Positions 1-6,905 of a stretch of DNA of 11,775 nucleotides are shown one piece after another. The DNA lies in contig JAFTRF010000114.1 of the NCBI GenBank assembly GCA_017462405.1, positions 1-11,775 on the forward strand. Reading direction: 5' to 3'. Source of the stretch: Clostridia bacterium. GTDB lineage: Bacteria > Bacillota > Clostridia > Oscillospirales > Acutalibacteraceae. The notes beneath the pieces were generated by a model. The model was not told the DNA's origin and ran no database searches. It worked only from the letters and a program-made list of their open reading frames with translations. Position 1 is the stretch's first letter. Each line of letters opens with the position of its first letter. Both the position numbers and the translations under genes were made by a program.

Positions 1-770
1 ATGCCTATGTACCGATGAAGATCAACTGTGGCGATATGGAATTTATCGATACCCCGGCCTTGGATCTTGCGGATATGGGCGCCAAGCTGAAAAAGAGCAA
101 GGAACGCTCCGGCACCTCCTGCCCCAACGCACAGGAATGGCTGGATGCTTATGAGGGCGGCGACTGTGTATTTGCGGTCACAATCACCGGTACCCTGTCC
201 GGCAGCTACTCCGCTGCACGACAGGCGAAGGCCGATTATGAGGAAGCTCATCCCGGTGCGCGGGTACATGTCATCAATTCGTTGTCCGCCGGTCCGGAAA
301 TGGAAATGATCCTGTACAAGCTGCGGGACCTGATTGATGAGGGCAAGGATTTCGACACCATCAAGGCTGAGATCACCGAATATCAGAAGCATACCCGTCT
401 GGGCTTTGCGCTGCTGTGTATGGACAATCTGGCACGCAACGGCCGCGTCAGCAAAGCGGTCGCCAAGATCGCCGGTGTGCTGAATATCCGTGTGGTCGGC
501 AAGGCCTCCAACGAGGGTACGCTGGAGCCTCTGCACAAGGCACGCGGCGAAGCCAAGATGCAGGATGCGCTGATGACCGTGCTGGCCGACGAGGGCTATA
601 ACGGTGGCTGGGTGCTGATCCGCCATGCCGGAAATGCCGAATCGGCAGAAACGCTGCGCCGCTGCATCAAGAAAAAGTTCCCCCGTGCGCGCGTGGATAT
701 TGATACCTGTGCGGCTCTGTGTACCTACTATGCCGAAACCGGCGGTATGCTGGTCGGCTTTGAAATCTGA
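1..770 (+). CDS. DegV family protein (fatty-acid-binding, EDD fold); 5' end lies upstream of the window
   Basis: ORF 15..770. The frame stays open to position 3 with no stop. Residues TSCPNAQEWLDAYE and VTITGTLSGSYSAA..VHVINSLSAGPEM match DegV hallmarks (TSQPSP..YE; SS.LSGTY..V.VIDS.S.S.G). About 30 N-terminal residues of a typical DegV are missing, so the M at 15 is internal. Confidence 0.85.
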   Translation, partial: AYVPMKINCGDMEFIDTPALDLADMGAKLKKSKERSGTSCPNAQEWLDAYEGGDCVFAVTITGTLSGSYSAARQAKADYEEAHPGARVHVINSLSAGPEMEMILYKLRDLIDEGKDFDTIKAEITEYQKHTRLGFALLCMDNLARNGRVSKAVAKIAGVLNIRVVGKASNEGTLEPLHKARGEAKMQDALMTVLADEGYNGGWVLIRHAGNAESAETLRRCIKKKFPRARVDIDTCAALCTYYAETGGMLVGFEI

Positions 771-789
771 TTTTATTGATGTGCATATG

Positions 790-836
790 AAAACTCCCGG
801 AAAACGCACGATGGTGTGTCTTCCGGGAGTTTTTTC
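790..836. terminator. Bidirectional rho-independent terminator between convergent DegV and PHP genes
   Basis: Perfect 10-bp stem ACTCCCGGAA (793-802) / TTCCGGGAGT (821-830) with an 18-nt loop. It is flanked by an A-run on the left and TTTTTT (830-836) on the right, so a U-tract follows the hairpin on either strand. Confidence 0.8.
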
Positions 837-867
837 GTGTCGGATGGTTGATTTCCGGGATGGAAGA

Positions 868-1662
868 TCAGCGGCAGATGGGAGCCAGGTCATCTTCCTT
901 CAGCCCAAGCAGATTGGCGATGATGTCTGCATTGGGGTAGAAGTCGTGCTGCTTGTTGTCGTGGGAGTCGCTGCCGAAGGTAAACTTGCAGCCGTAGTCC
1001 TTTGCCAGCGAGAACATCCGCATGTGGCAGTCATCGGCGATCTGCTGCGGCGTCATATTTTTGGAATAGGCCACATTGATCTCAAATGCGATATTCTTTT
1101 CCGCCGTTTTGTCAAACAGGCGCTTGAAGGTATCGTCGGGGATCATTTCGATAAGGATTTTCGGGTCAAAGGGCATCAGACAGACATCGAACTGATGCGC
1201 CATGGCGGTGATGTAGCGGCTGACCTTGCTGTTTAGGATATCCTCGTAGGCCTGCACCATGAATTCGACGTGCTTGTCGTAGTTGGTGATATATTCCTTG
1301 GGCATGATCATGTGGGTGTGGGAGTTGGGGACCACGATGAAGTCAAACTTTTCGGCTTCAGCCTCGGTGATGGCGACCTCCCGGCGGGGTGTGTGGTACT
1401 CCGTCTCACAGCCGAAGTACAGCTGCAGACCAGGTTCATTGACCTTTGCCAGTTCTGCTTTCAGCTGGGCATTGTGCTCGAAGGGATGTGCGCGGTAGAA
1501 GCCACGGGCACCCGGAATATTGCCGTCACCGAAGTGGTCGCTGAAGCCGATTTTCTTCAGGCCCAGCTTTTTGGCGGTGGCAACGTAATGCTCCACCGTT
1601 GCAGAGTCCTGTCCGCAGATGGAATAATGGGTATGTACATGGAAGTCGTGGGTGATTTTCAT
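868..1662 (-). CDS. PHP-domain metal-dependent phosphoesterase (histidinol-phosphatase family)
   Basis: 264-aa ORF. N-terminal HVHTHYS plus downstream SDH..GCE..H..H..FGSDSH motifs are typical of the PHP fold. Strong RBS (GGAGGGAG) lies 8 nt upstream of the ATG at 1662. Confidence 0.8.
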   Translation of the reverse strand: MKITHDFHVHTHYSICGQDSATVEHYVATAKKLGLKKIGFSDHFGDGNIPGARGFYRAHPFEHNAQLKAELAKVNEPGLQLYFGCETEYHTPRREVAITEAEAEKFDFIVVPNSHTHMIMPKEYITNYDKHVEFMVQAYEDILNSKVSRYITAMAHQFDVCLMPFDPKILIEMIPDDTFKRLFDKTAEKNIAFEINVAYSKNMTPQQIADDCHMRMFSLAKDYGCKFTFGSDSHDNKQHDFYPNADIIANLLGLKEDDLAPICR

Positions 1663-1719
1663 AAAAGCTCCCTCCGTAGTTCGTATTTCCGGTGCCGCAG
1701 TACGCTCCGGTCTGCTTTT

Positions 1720-1748
1720 ATTATAGCAGAAAAATAAATATCCTGCAA
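1720..1748 (-). promoter_or_regulatory. Sigma-70-type promoter for the PHP gene (-35 TTGCAG, 17-bp spacer, -10 TATAAT, read on the - strand)
   Basis: Reverse complement of 1720-1748 reads TTGCAG-N17-TATAAT. It sits about 60 bp upstream of the PHP start codon. Confidence 0.6.
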
Positions 1749-1778
1749 CAGTTTTCTGCTATCCTTGCTATTTTCTGC
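1723..1778. promoter_or_regulatory. Candidate operator: perfect 11-bp inverted repeat ATAGCAGAAAA (1723-1733) / TTTTCTGCTAT (1752-1762), plus a third half-site copy TTTTCTGCGAA (1771-1781)
   Basis: Seen directly. The left arm overlaps the -10 of the PHP promoter. The third copy lies in the spacer of the WYL-operon promoter. Confidence 0.55.
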
Positions 1779-1792
1779 GAATGGTGTATAAT
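1765..1792 (+). promoter_or_regulatory. Sigma-70-type promoter for the WYL regulator operon (-35 TTGCTA, 16-bp spacer, -10 TATAAT)
   Basis: TTGCTA 1765-1770 and TATAAT 1787-1792. It is followed by RBS GGAG (1815-1818) and the ATG at 1827. Confidence 0.6.
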
Positions 1793-1826
1793 AAATAATA
1801 TATTCCAGACGAAAGGAGTGTGTACG

Positions 1827-3080
1827 ATGTCTGTCTATCGGGAGCTGATCAAAAATTTTGAAAAAATCCGTAAAATCATGCGTGAGTTTTACGTCTACGG
1901 CTTCCGCAACCGGGAGGAATACCGCGGCAAAAGTGCCCGCTCCTACGACGATGAACGCCGCCGGCTGGAAAGCTGGCTGGGCAATCATATGCGTTTCGTA
2001 CATACCCCGGAAGGAAAAAATGTATTCATCTCCATCGACAGCCGAACCGAACCGTGCAATCCCTTGTATCAGGCATGGAAGGCCAAAAGCTTTACCGACG
2101 GCGACATTACCTTGCATTTCATTTTGTTCGATATTCTGCATAATCCGTCGGTGATGCTGTCCCTGAAGGAGATCCTGACGGCGGTGGACTCTTATCTTTC
2201 TGCAACCGGCAGTGCGATGGTCTTTGACGAATCTACCGTCCGCAAAAAGCTGAAGGAGTATACCGAACTGGGGCTGATTGTGGGCGAAAAATCCGGAAAA
2301 AAGCGGATGTACCGTCGCGCCGATGCGTTTCCGGACGAACTTCCGCCCGATGTCCTGCATTATTTTTCTGAAGCCGCACCGTGCGGTGTCATCGGGTCGT
2401 TTTTGCTGGACGGCCGGCCGCCGATGGACGGTTGCTTTGGTTTCAAGCATCACTACATTACTTCTGCAATGGACAGCGAGGTGTTGGCAGACCTTTTTTC
2501 CGCCATGCAGGAAAAGCGTATTGTCACGGTGTCCAATCTGAGCCGTCGCGCCGATGAACCGAAGCGGATGCGCATCATTCCACTGCGGGTGCTTATCAGC
2601 GTGCAGAGCGGACGGCAGCATCTGATGGCGTATCACCCGGAAAACAACATGATCAAGGCCTTCCGGGTGGATTACCTGTCCGATGTCCGTCCGGAAGAAG
2701 TCTCACCGCGTTTTGATGAACTGCGGGCCGAGCTGGACTGGATGCAGACGCGGATGTGGGGTGTGACCGTCCGCGGACGTACCGGCATCCCGGCCCGGAC
2801 GGAACACGTGGAATTTACCGTACGGGTCAAGCCCGGAGAGGAGCATATCATCCAGCGGCTGGAGCGGGAAAAGCGCGTTGGCTATGTGGAGCAGCTGGAC
2901 GAGCAGACGTGGCGATTTACGGCGGATGTGTACGACAGCGGCGAGCTTCGTCCGTGGATCCGGTCGTTTCTGTGCCGCATCAGCAGCCTGCATTGCTCCA
3001 ACCGTGCGGTGGAAAATCAATTCCGCAATGATCTGGACGCAATGTACCGGATGTACGGCATCGGGGAGGAAGGGACATGA
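1827..3080 (+). CDS. Transcriptional regulator with unknown N-terminal domain, winged HTH, WYL domain and WCX-like C-terminal domain (PafB/PafC-like)
   Basis: The ORF track starts at 1692, but the first ATG with an RBS (GAAAGGAG, 8-nt spacer) is 1827, giving 417 aa. wHTH-like segment SLKEILTAVDSYL..VRKKLKEYTELGLIV. WYL-domain signature RMRIIPLRVLISVQSGRQHLMAYHPENNMIKAFRVDYLSDV. WCX-like C-terminus ..DSGELRPWIRSFLCRISSLHCSNRAVENQF. Stop overlaps the next start (ATGA at 3077-3080). Confidence 0.75.
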   Translation: MSVYRELIKNFEKIRKIMREFYVYGFRNREEYRGKSARSYDDERRRLESWLGNHMRFVHTPEGKNVFISIDSRTEPCNPLYQAWKAKSFTDGDITLHFILFDILHNPSVMLSLKEILTAVDSYLSATGSAMVFDESTVRKKLKEYTELGLIVGEKSGKKRMYRRADAFPDELPPDVLHYFSEAAPCGVIGSFLLDGRPPMDGCFGFKHHYITSAMDSEVLADLFSAMQEKRIVTVSNLSRRADEPKRMRIIPLRVLISVQSGRQHLMAYHPENNMIKAFRVDYLSDVRPEEVSPRFDELRAELDWMQTRMWGVTVRGRTGIPARTEHVEFTVRVKPGEEHIIQRLEREKRVGYVEQLDEQTWRFTADVYDSGELRPWIRSFLCRISSLHCSNRAVENQFRNDLDAMYRMYGIGEEGT

Positions 3081-3982
3081 TCTTTCATGAGATTCATTCG
3101 GTATATTACCGTACCGTGGGGAAATTACTGCGCGCCCTGCTGGTCGGCGTGTCGTCCGAAGCAGATTTACGGCGCATCATACAGGAGAATGCTTTTGAAG
3201 AAAGCATCCTGACGATTCTGCCGGCACTGAAGGAAGGCAAATGGCCATTGATGCGCCCGGACCGGACGACGCCTCTGCGGCATCCGCCGACCCAGCCGCT
3301 GACCCTGCTGGAAAAGCGTTGGCTGAAGGCCATCCTGCTTGACCCGCGTATCCAGTTGTTTGATTTATCCGTACATGGGCTGGAGGCGGTGATGCCGCTG
3401 TTCACCACGGCGGATTACTGCATCTACGACCAATACACCGACGGCGATCCGTACACGGATGCCGGGTATCAGGAGCGCTTCCGGCGGATCCTGTCTGCGG
3501 TACGGGCAAAACAGCCGCTGAAACTGGAAGTAGAGTGCCGCCGGGGCGGAACGGAATGCCTGACGGTATGTCCTGCCCGGTTGGAATACTCCGAAAAAGA
3601 CGACAAGTTCCGGTTGCGCTGCGGCGGTGCCCGGCGCAAGGTCATCAACCTGGCGCGCATTGTATCCTGTGTCCCGGCGGATCCGGAGGGGAGTTTTGCT
3701 GCACCGCTGCCGCTTGTCAAACGAAGCGTTTCGCTGAAGATCCGGAATGAACGCAATACCCCGGAGCGGGTACTGCTCCATTTTGCCCATCTGGAAAAGC
3801 AGGCCGTACGGGAAGACGACGGTCGTTATCTGGTGCATCTCCGCTATGATGCGGAGGACGAAACTGAAATGCTCATCCGTATACTGAGTTTCGGCCCGAT
3901 GGTCGAGGTTGTTGCCCCGGAACGCTTCCGGAATTTAATCATTGCACGGCTGAAAGCACAAAAAAGCTGCGGACCAATCTGA
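3077..3982 (+). CDS. Second, paralogous WYL-domain / WCX-domain regulator, translationally coupled to the first
   Basis: 301 aa. RBS GGAGG lies 7 nt upstream. WYL-like core LTVCPARLEYSEKDDKFRLRCGGARRKVINLARIVSCV. Clear WCX-type C-terminus RYLVHLRYDAEDETEMLIRILSFGPMVEVVAPERFRNLIIARLKA. N-terminus MIFHEIHSVYYRT.. resembles the MSVYRELI.. start of the first gene. Confidence 0.7.
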   Translation: MIFHEIHSVYYRTVGKLLRALLVGVSSEADLRRIIQENAFEESILTILPALKEGKWPLMRPDRTTPLRHPPTQPLTLLEKRWLKAILLDPRIQLFDLSVHGLEAVMPLFTTADYCIYDQYTDGDPYTDAGYQERFRRILSAVRAKQPLKLEVECRRGGTECLTVCPARLEYSEKDDKFRLRCGGARRKVINLARIVSCVPADPEGSFAAPLPLVKRSVSLKIRNERNTPERVLLHFAHLEKQAVREDDGRYLVHLRYDAEDETEMLIRILSFGPMVEVVAPERFRNLIIARLKAQKSCGPI

Positions 3983-3999
3983 GTTCGCAGCTTTTTTTC
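3962..3999 (+). terminator. Rho-independent terminator at the end of the WYL operon
   Basis: Stem AAGCTGCGGA (3964-3973) / TCGCAGCTT (3985-3993), followed by TTTTTTT. The stem overlaps the last codons of the second WYL gene. Confidence 0.75.
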
Positions 4000-4420
4000 C
4001 GTGATTTTTCCAGATGGATGCGATAAAATAATCCTGCAAGGTCACTTCATGTGGTGCAGTCCACCGCACCATGGTACGTCCGGCGCTGCCGCGCACGTAT
4101 GCCGAAGGATTTTTGCACTTGGAGCGGGTTCGAATCCCGCCCGTAATGCGTTGGATCGCAATTGTGCCCTGACCCGGCACACGCCGTGTAACAACGGCTC
4201 AATGATTTATGTGAATGCGGCCGCGCCGCCCCGTACGGAACTCTTGCGGTATCCGACGAGGCAGTACGGCGACAGCCTTGTCCCGGAATCTCCCCGCTGT
4301 GTGACACCGGCAGCCAGAAGTCCAGACTTCCCGCTGCCGGACGATCCTCCGGGCATTCCGGGCCGCTCCGCCGTATGTGCGTCCGCAATCCGCTATCACC
4401 CTCAAGGAGGTATATATATT
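4000..4420 (+). ncRNA. Candidate structured non-coding RNA or long 5' leader upstream of the SPFH-rtcB genes, containing a tRNA-like T-arm
   Basis: About 420 bp with locally elevated GC and no RBS-preceded ORF. GCGGG-TTCGAAT-CCCGC (4124-4140) is a canonical tRNA T-stem-loop (GGTTCGAATCC). Several further hairpins follow: GGTGC..GCACC 4053-4070, TGTGCC..GGCACA 4163-4182, GCCG..CGGC 4183-4199. Strand and exact ends are not determined. Confidence 0.35.
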
Positions 4421-5518
4421 ATGAAAAAGATCATCATCAACGAAAACCAGCGCGGTTTCCTGTTTAAAAACGGTAAGTATGTCCGGATGCTGTCTGCCGG
4501 CAAATATTATCTGTTCGGTGGCCGGGAAATCGAAATCGTATCTATGGAACAGCCCATCGGTTCTGCCCGGTGCGCCTTGAACACCCTGCTGGCTGACCCG
4601 AACATTTCCGCATCTGCGGCTGTCGTCGAAGTCGGGGATCAGCAACTGGCACTCCACTTCGTCAACGGTCAGTTTGCGGAGGTGCTCCGCCGTGGCACGT
4701 ATGCCTATTGGTACGATCCCGACCACCACGCGTTTCAGCTGGTGGATATTTCCGCCCAGGAGGTCGGTGCGGACGTTCCGGAATACATTTTCAGCAAGAT
4801 CCCGCTGTCGTGGTACACCCGGATCGAAGTGGCAGAATACCAGAAAGCGCGCCTGTACGTTAACCAGAAGTTCGTGCGTCTGCTGGATGCGGGCACGTAC
4901 TATTTCTGGAAAAACGGCGCAAAAGTAGACGTAGGCTATGTGGACACCCGTCTGACCCAGCTGAACATCACCGGTCAGGAAATCCTGACCCGCGATAAGG
5001 TTGCCTTGCGGATCAACTTCGTTTGCCGCTATCGGGTGACCGACTATATAAAAATCGCCACCGAAATCGACGACTTTGCCGAGCAGCTGCACGTCACGGC
5101 CCAGCTGGCCCTGCGGGATTATGTCGGCAAGTACAAGCTGGACGAAATTCTGGAAAACAAAGAGGAGCTTTCCCGGTTTGTCTTTGACCGGCTGAAAGCA
5201 GAGGAGCAGGCGTTGTTTGTGGAAATCGTGGATGCCGGCGTCAAGGACATCATCCTGCCCGGCGAGATCCGCGACATCATGAACACCGTCCTGATTGCTG
5301 AAAAGCGGGCGCAGGCCAACGTCATCACCCGCCGCGAGGAAGTCGCGTCTACCCGTTCGCTGCTGAACACTGCAAAGCTTATGGACGAAAACCAGACGCT
5401 GTATAAACTCAAGGAACTGGAGTACATCGAGCGCATCTGCGAAAACGTGGGCACCATCCAGCTTAACGGCAACGGAGACGTGCTGTCGCAGCTGACCGGC
5501 TTGCTCCGGAAAAGCTGA
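4421..5518 (+). CDS. SPFH / band-7 (stomatin-prohibitin-flotillin-HflK/C) domain protein, soluble, with a triplicated N-terminal motif
   Basis: RBS AAGGAGG with a 10-nt spacer and the ATG at 4421, giving 365 aa. The ORF track extends to 4001, but that N-terminal extension is not protein-like. SPFH core: KVALRINFVCRYRVTDY..LALRDYVGKYKLDEIL..FVEIVDAGVKDIILPGEIRDIM..AEKRAQANV. No hydrophobic N-terminal helix. Confidence 0.85.
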   Translation: MKKIIINENQRGFLFKNGKYVRMLSAGKYYLFGGREIEIVSMEQPIGSARCALNTLLADPNISASAAVVEVGDQQLALHFVNGQFAEVLRRGTYAYWYDPDHHAFQLVDISAQEVGADVPEYIFSKIPLSWYTRIEVAEYQKARLYVNQKFVRLLDAGTYYFWKNGAKVDVGYVDTRLTQLNITGQEILTRDKVALRINFVCRYRVTDYIKIATEIDDFAEQLHVTAQLALRDYVGKYKLDEILENKEELSRFVFDRLKAEEQALFVEIVDAGVKDIILPGEIRDIMNTVLIAEKRAQANVITRREEVASTRSLLNTAKLMDENQTLYKLKELEYIERICENVGTIQLNGNGDVLSQLTGLLRKS

Positions 5519-5567
5519 CCGCGCACCATCCGACCACATTCATTCCTTACAGAAAGGAGAAACCATC

Positions 5568-6776
5568 ATGATTGAAATTACAGGAAAATACAATTCCGCC
5601 GTGTGCTATACCGATCAGGTGGAGCCGGAAGCATACAAGCAGATACTGACGGTATGCAATGAAGAAGCCTTTCAGCACAGTAAAATCCGCATCATGCCTG
5701 ACGTTCACGCCGGAAAAGGCTGTACCATCGGCACCACGATGACCATCACCGACCGGGTCGTGCCCAACATGGTCGGGGTCGACATCGGCTGCGGCATGTA
5801 TACGGTTTGTCTCGGACAGACCGACATTGATCTCGCACAGTTTGATGCGGCTGCACACGAGATTCCCAGTGGCCGCGCGGTGTGGCAGGGACGGCAGGAG
5901 AAATTCGACCTGACGGCACTGCGCTGTTTCCGCAGCCTCAAGGATACCAAACGGCTGGAGCGCAGCCTCGGTACGCTGGGCGGTGGCAACCACTTCATTG
6001 AAATCGATGTGGACGAGGACGGCAACAAGTATCTGATCATCCACTCCGGCAGCCGGAATCTGGGGACACAAGTTGCGGAAATCTATCAAAATTTCGCCGT
6101 TGACCTCAACTGCGGCAAGGAAGTCTACTTCCAGCGCCGCGATGAAATCATCCGCACCTACAAGGCCTCCGGTCGTAAAAGTGAAATTGCCTCCGCGCTG
6201 AAGGCATTGGCCAAAAGCTTTGTGTCTCAGCCGCTGACCATGCCCAAGGAGTTGTGCTATCTGTATGGCTCGCTCATGGATGATTATCTCCACGACCTGG
6301 CCCTCTGCCAACACTTCGCCCTGCGCAACCGCGAGAAAATGGCCGAAATCCTGTTAGCAAAGACCGGACTGCAGGGCGGCGAAGCTTTCCAGACCATCCA
6401 CAATTATATTGATGTGGATGAGATGATCCTCCGCAAGGGTGCCGTGTCGGCAAAGGTGGGGGAGAAACTGCTGATTCCGATCAATATGCGTGACGGCAGC
6501 CTGCTGTGTGTCGGCAAGGGCAACCCGGACTGGAATTGCTCCGCGCCGCACGGTGCTGGACGGTTGCTGTCCCGCTCGATGGCGCGCGAACAGCTGACCA
6601 TGGCAGAATATCAGGCCGAGATGGCAGGCATTTACACGACCTGCGTTTCGGCGGGTACGCTGGACGAATCGCCCATGGCCTACAAGCGCATCGACGACAT
6701 CGTGGCACATATCGATCCCACTGCAGAGATCATTGCGCGTCTCCGACCGATTTACAACTTCAAGGCATCGGAATAA
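5568..6776 (+). CDS. rtcB: RNA-splicing ligase RtcB (3'-phosphate / 5'-OH RNA ligase)
   Basis: 402 aa. Motifs IMPDVHAGKGCTIGT, GVDIGCGM, GGGNHFIEI..IIHSGSRNLG, CSAPHGAGR and ESPMAYKRIDDI align with the E. coli RtcB active-site motifs. RBS AAAGGAG with an 8-nt spacer. The 49-bp gap after the SPFH gene has no terminator, so the two are likely co-transcribed. Confidence 0.95.
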   Translation: MIEITGKYNSAVCYTDQVEPEAYKQILTVCNEEAFQHSKIRIMPDVHAGKGCTIGTTMTITDRVVPNMVGVDIGCGMYTVCLGQTDIDLAQFDAAAHEIPSGRAVWQGRQEKFDLTALRCFRSLKDTKRLERSLGTLGGGNHFIEIDVDEDGNKYLIIHSGSRNLGTQVAEIYQNFAVDLNCGKEVYFQRRDEIIRTYKASGRKSEIASALKALAKSFVSQPLTMPKELCYLYGSLMDDYLHDLALCQHFALRNREKMAEILLAKTGLQGGEAFQTIHNYIDVDEMILRKGAVSAKVGEKLLIPINMRDGSLLCVGKGNPDWNCSAPHGAGRLLSRSMAREQLTMAEYQAEMAGIYTTCVSAGTLDESPMAYKRIDDIVAHIDPTAEIIARLRPIYNFKASE

Positions 6777-6796
6777 ATTTATACTGTAACACAGGA

Positions 6797-6838
6797 AAAG
6801 GGGTGTACTTGCAGCTTTTTGCAGTACATCCCTTTTCC
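6797..6838 (+). terminator. Rho-independent terminator after rtcB
   Basis: Stem GGGGTGTACT(t)GCA / TGCAGTACATCCC, about 12 bp with one bulge and one G·U pair. Loop TTTTT, followed by TTTTC. Confidence 0.7.
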
Positions 6839-6841
6839 CAT

Positions 6842-6870
6842 TTGCATTCCGGTGCGCTTCGTGCTATAAT
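6842..6870 (+). promoter_or_regulatory. Sigma-70 promoter with extended -10 (TTGCAT, 17-bp spacer, TGcTATAAT) for the hydrolase gene
   Basis: TTGCAT 6842-6847, TG at 6862-6863 and TATAAT 6865-6870. The start codon is 36 bp downstream. Confidence 0.65.
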
Positions 6871-6905
6871 GGAGAAAATCATTCATAAAGCGAGGTTTTG
6901 ACGCG

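Noticed and set aside
416-1236. + strand ORFs 416-601 and 625-1236, and 1270-1737 / 1283-1498
   Set aside because: Arg-rich alternative frames inside DegV, or antisense to the PHP gene. No RBS and no domain.
1659-2636. 325-aa - strand ORF antisense to the first WYL gene, and the 1692 start of the + ORF
   Set aside because: The antisense ORF is His/Arg-rich low complexity with no RBS. The + strand ORF upstream of 1827 covers the promoter and AT-rich leader. The first RBS-preceded ATG is 1827.
3106-3838. - strand ORFs antisense to the second WYL gene (3106-3408, 3365-3838, 3469-3756) and the + ORF 3535-3750
   Set aside because: Low-complexity shadow ORFs in a GC-rich coding region.
4124-4147. 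Complete tRNA gene at the T-arm-like sequence
   Set aside because: No complementary 5' acceptor strand (ATTACGG) and no D arm or anticodon arm upstream. There is no CCA, and the discriminator context is wrong. Only the T-stem-loop is tRNA-like.
4001-4420. 420-nt stop-free extension in frame with the SPFH gene, which would give a 505-aa protein
   Set aside because: The translated stretch is Pro/Arg/Ala/Cys-rich and not protein-like. High local GC makes long stop-free runs likely by chance. A strong RBS and the canonical SPFH N-terminus (MKKIIINENQRGFLF) begin at 4421.
4199-5539. 446-aa ORF on the - strand antisense to the SPFH gene
   Set aside because: Shadow ORF of a GC-rich gene. It is low-complexity (R/G/D/V/L-rich) with no recognisable domain. 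The + strand product has clear SPFH homology and an RBS.
5547-6314. 255-aa - strand ORF antisense to rtcB, and other internal ORFs (5705-6040, 6354-6710, 6481-6708, 6506-6901)
   Set aside because: rtcB is unambiguous on the + strand. These are alternative-frame artefacts.
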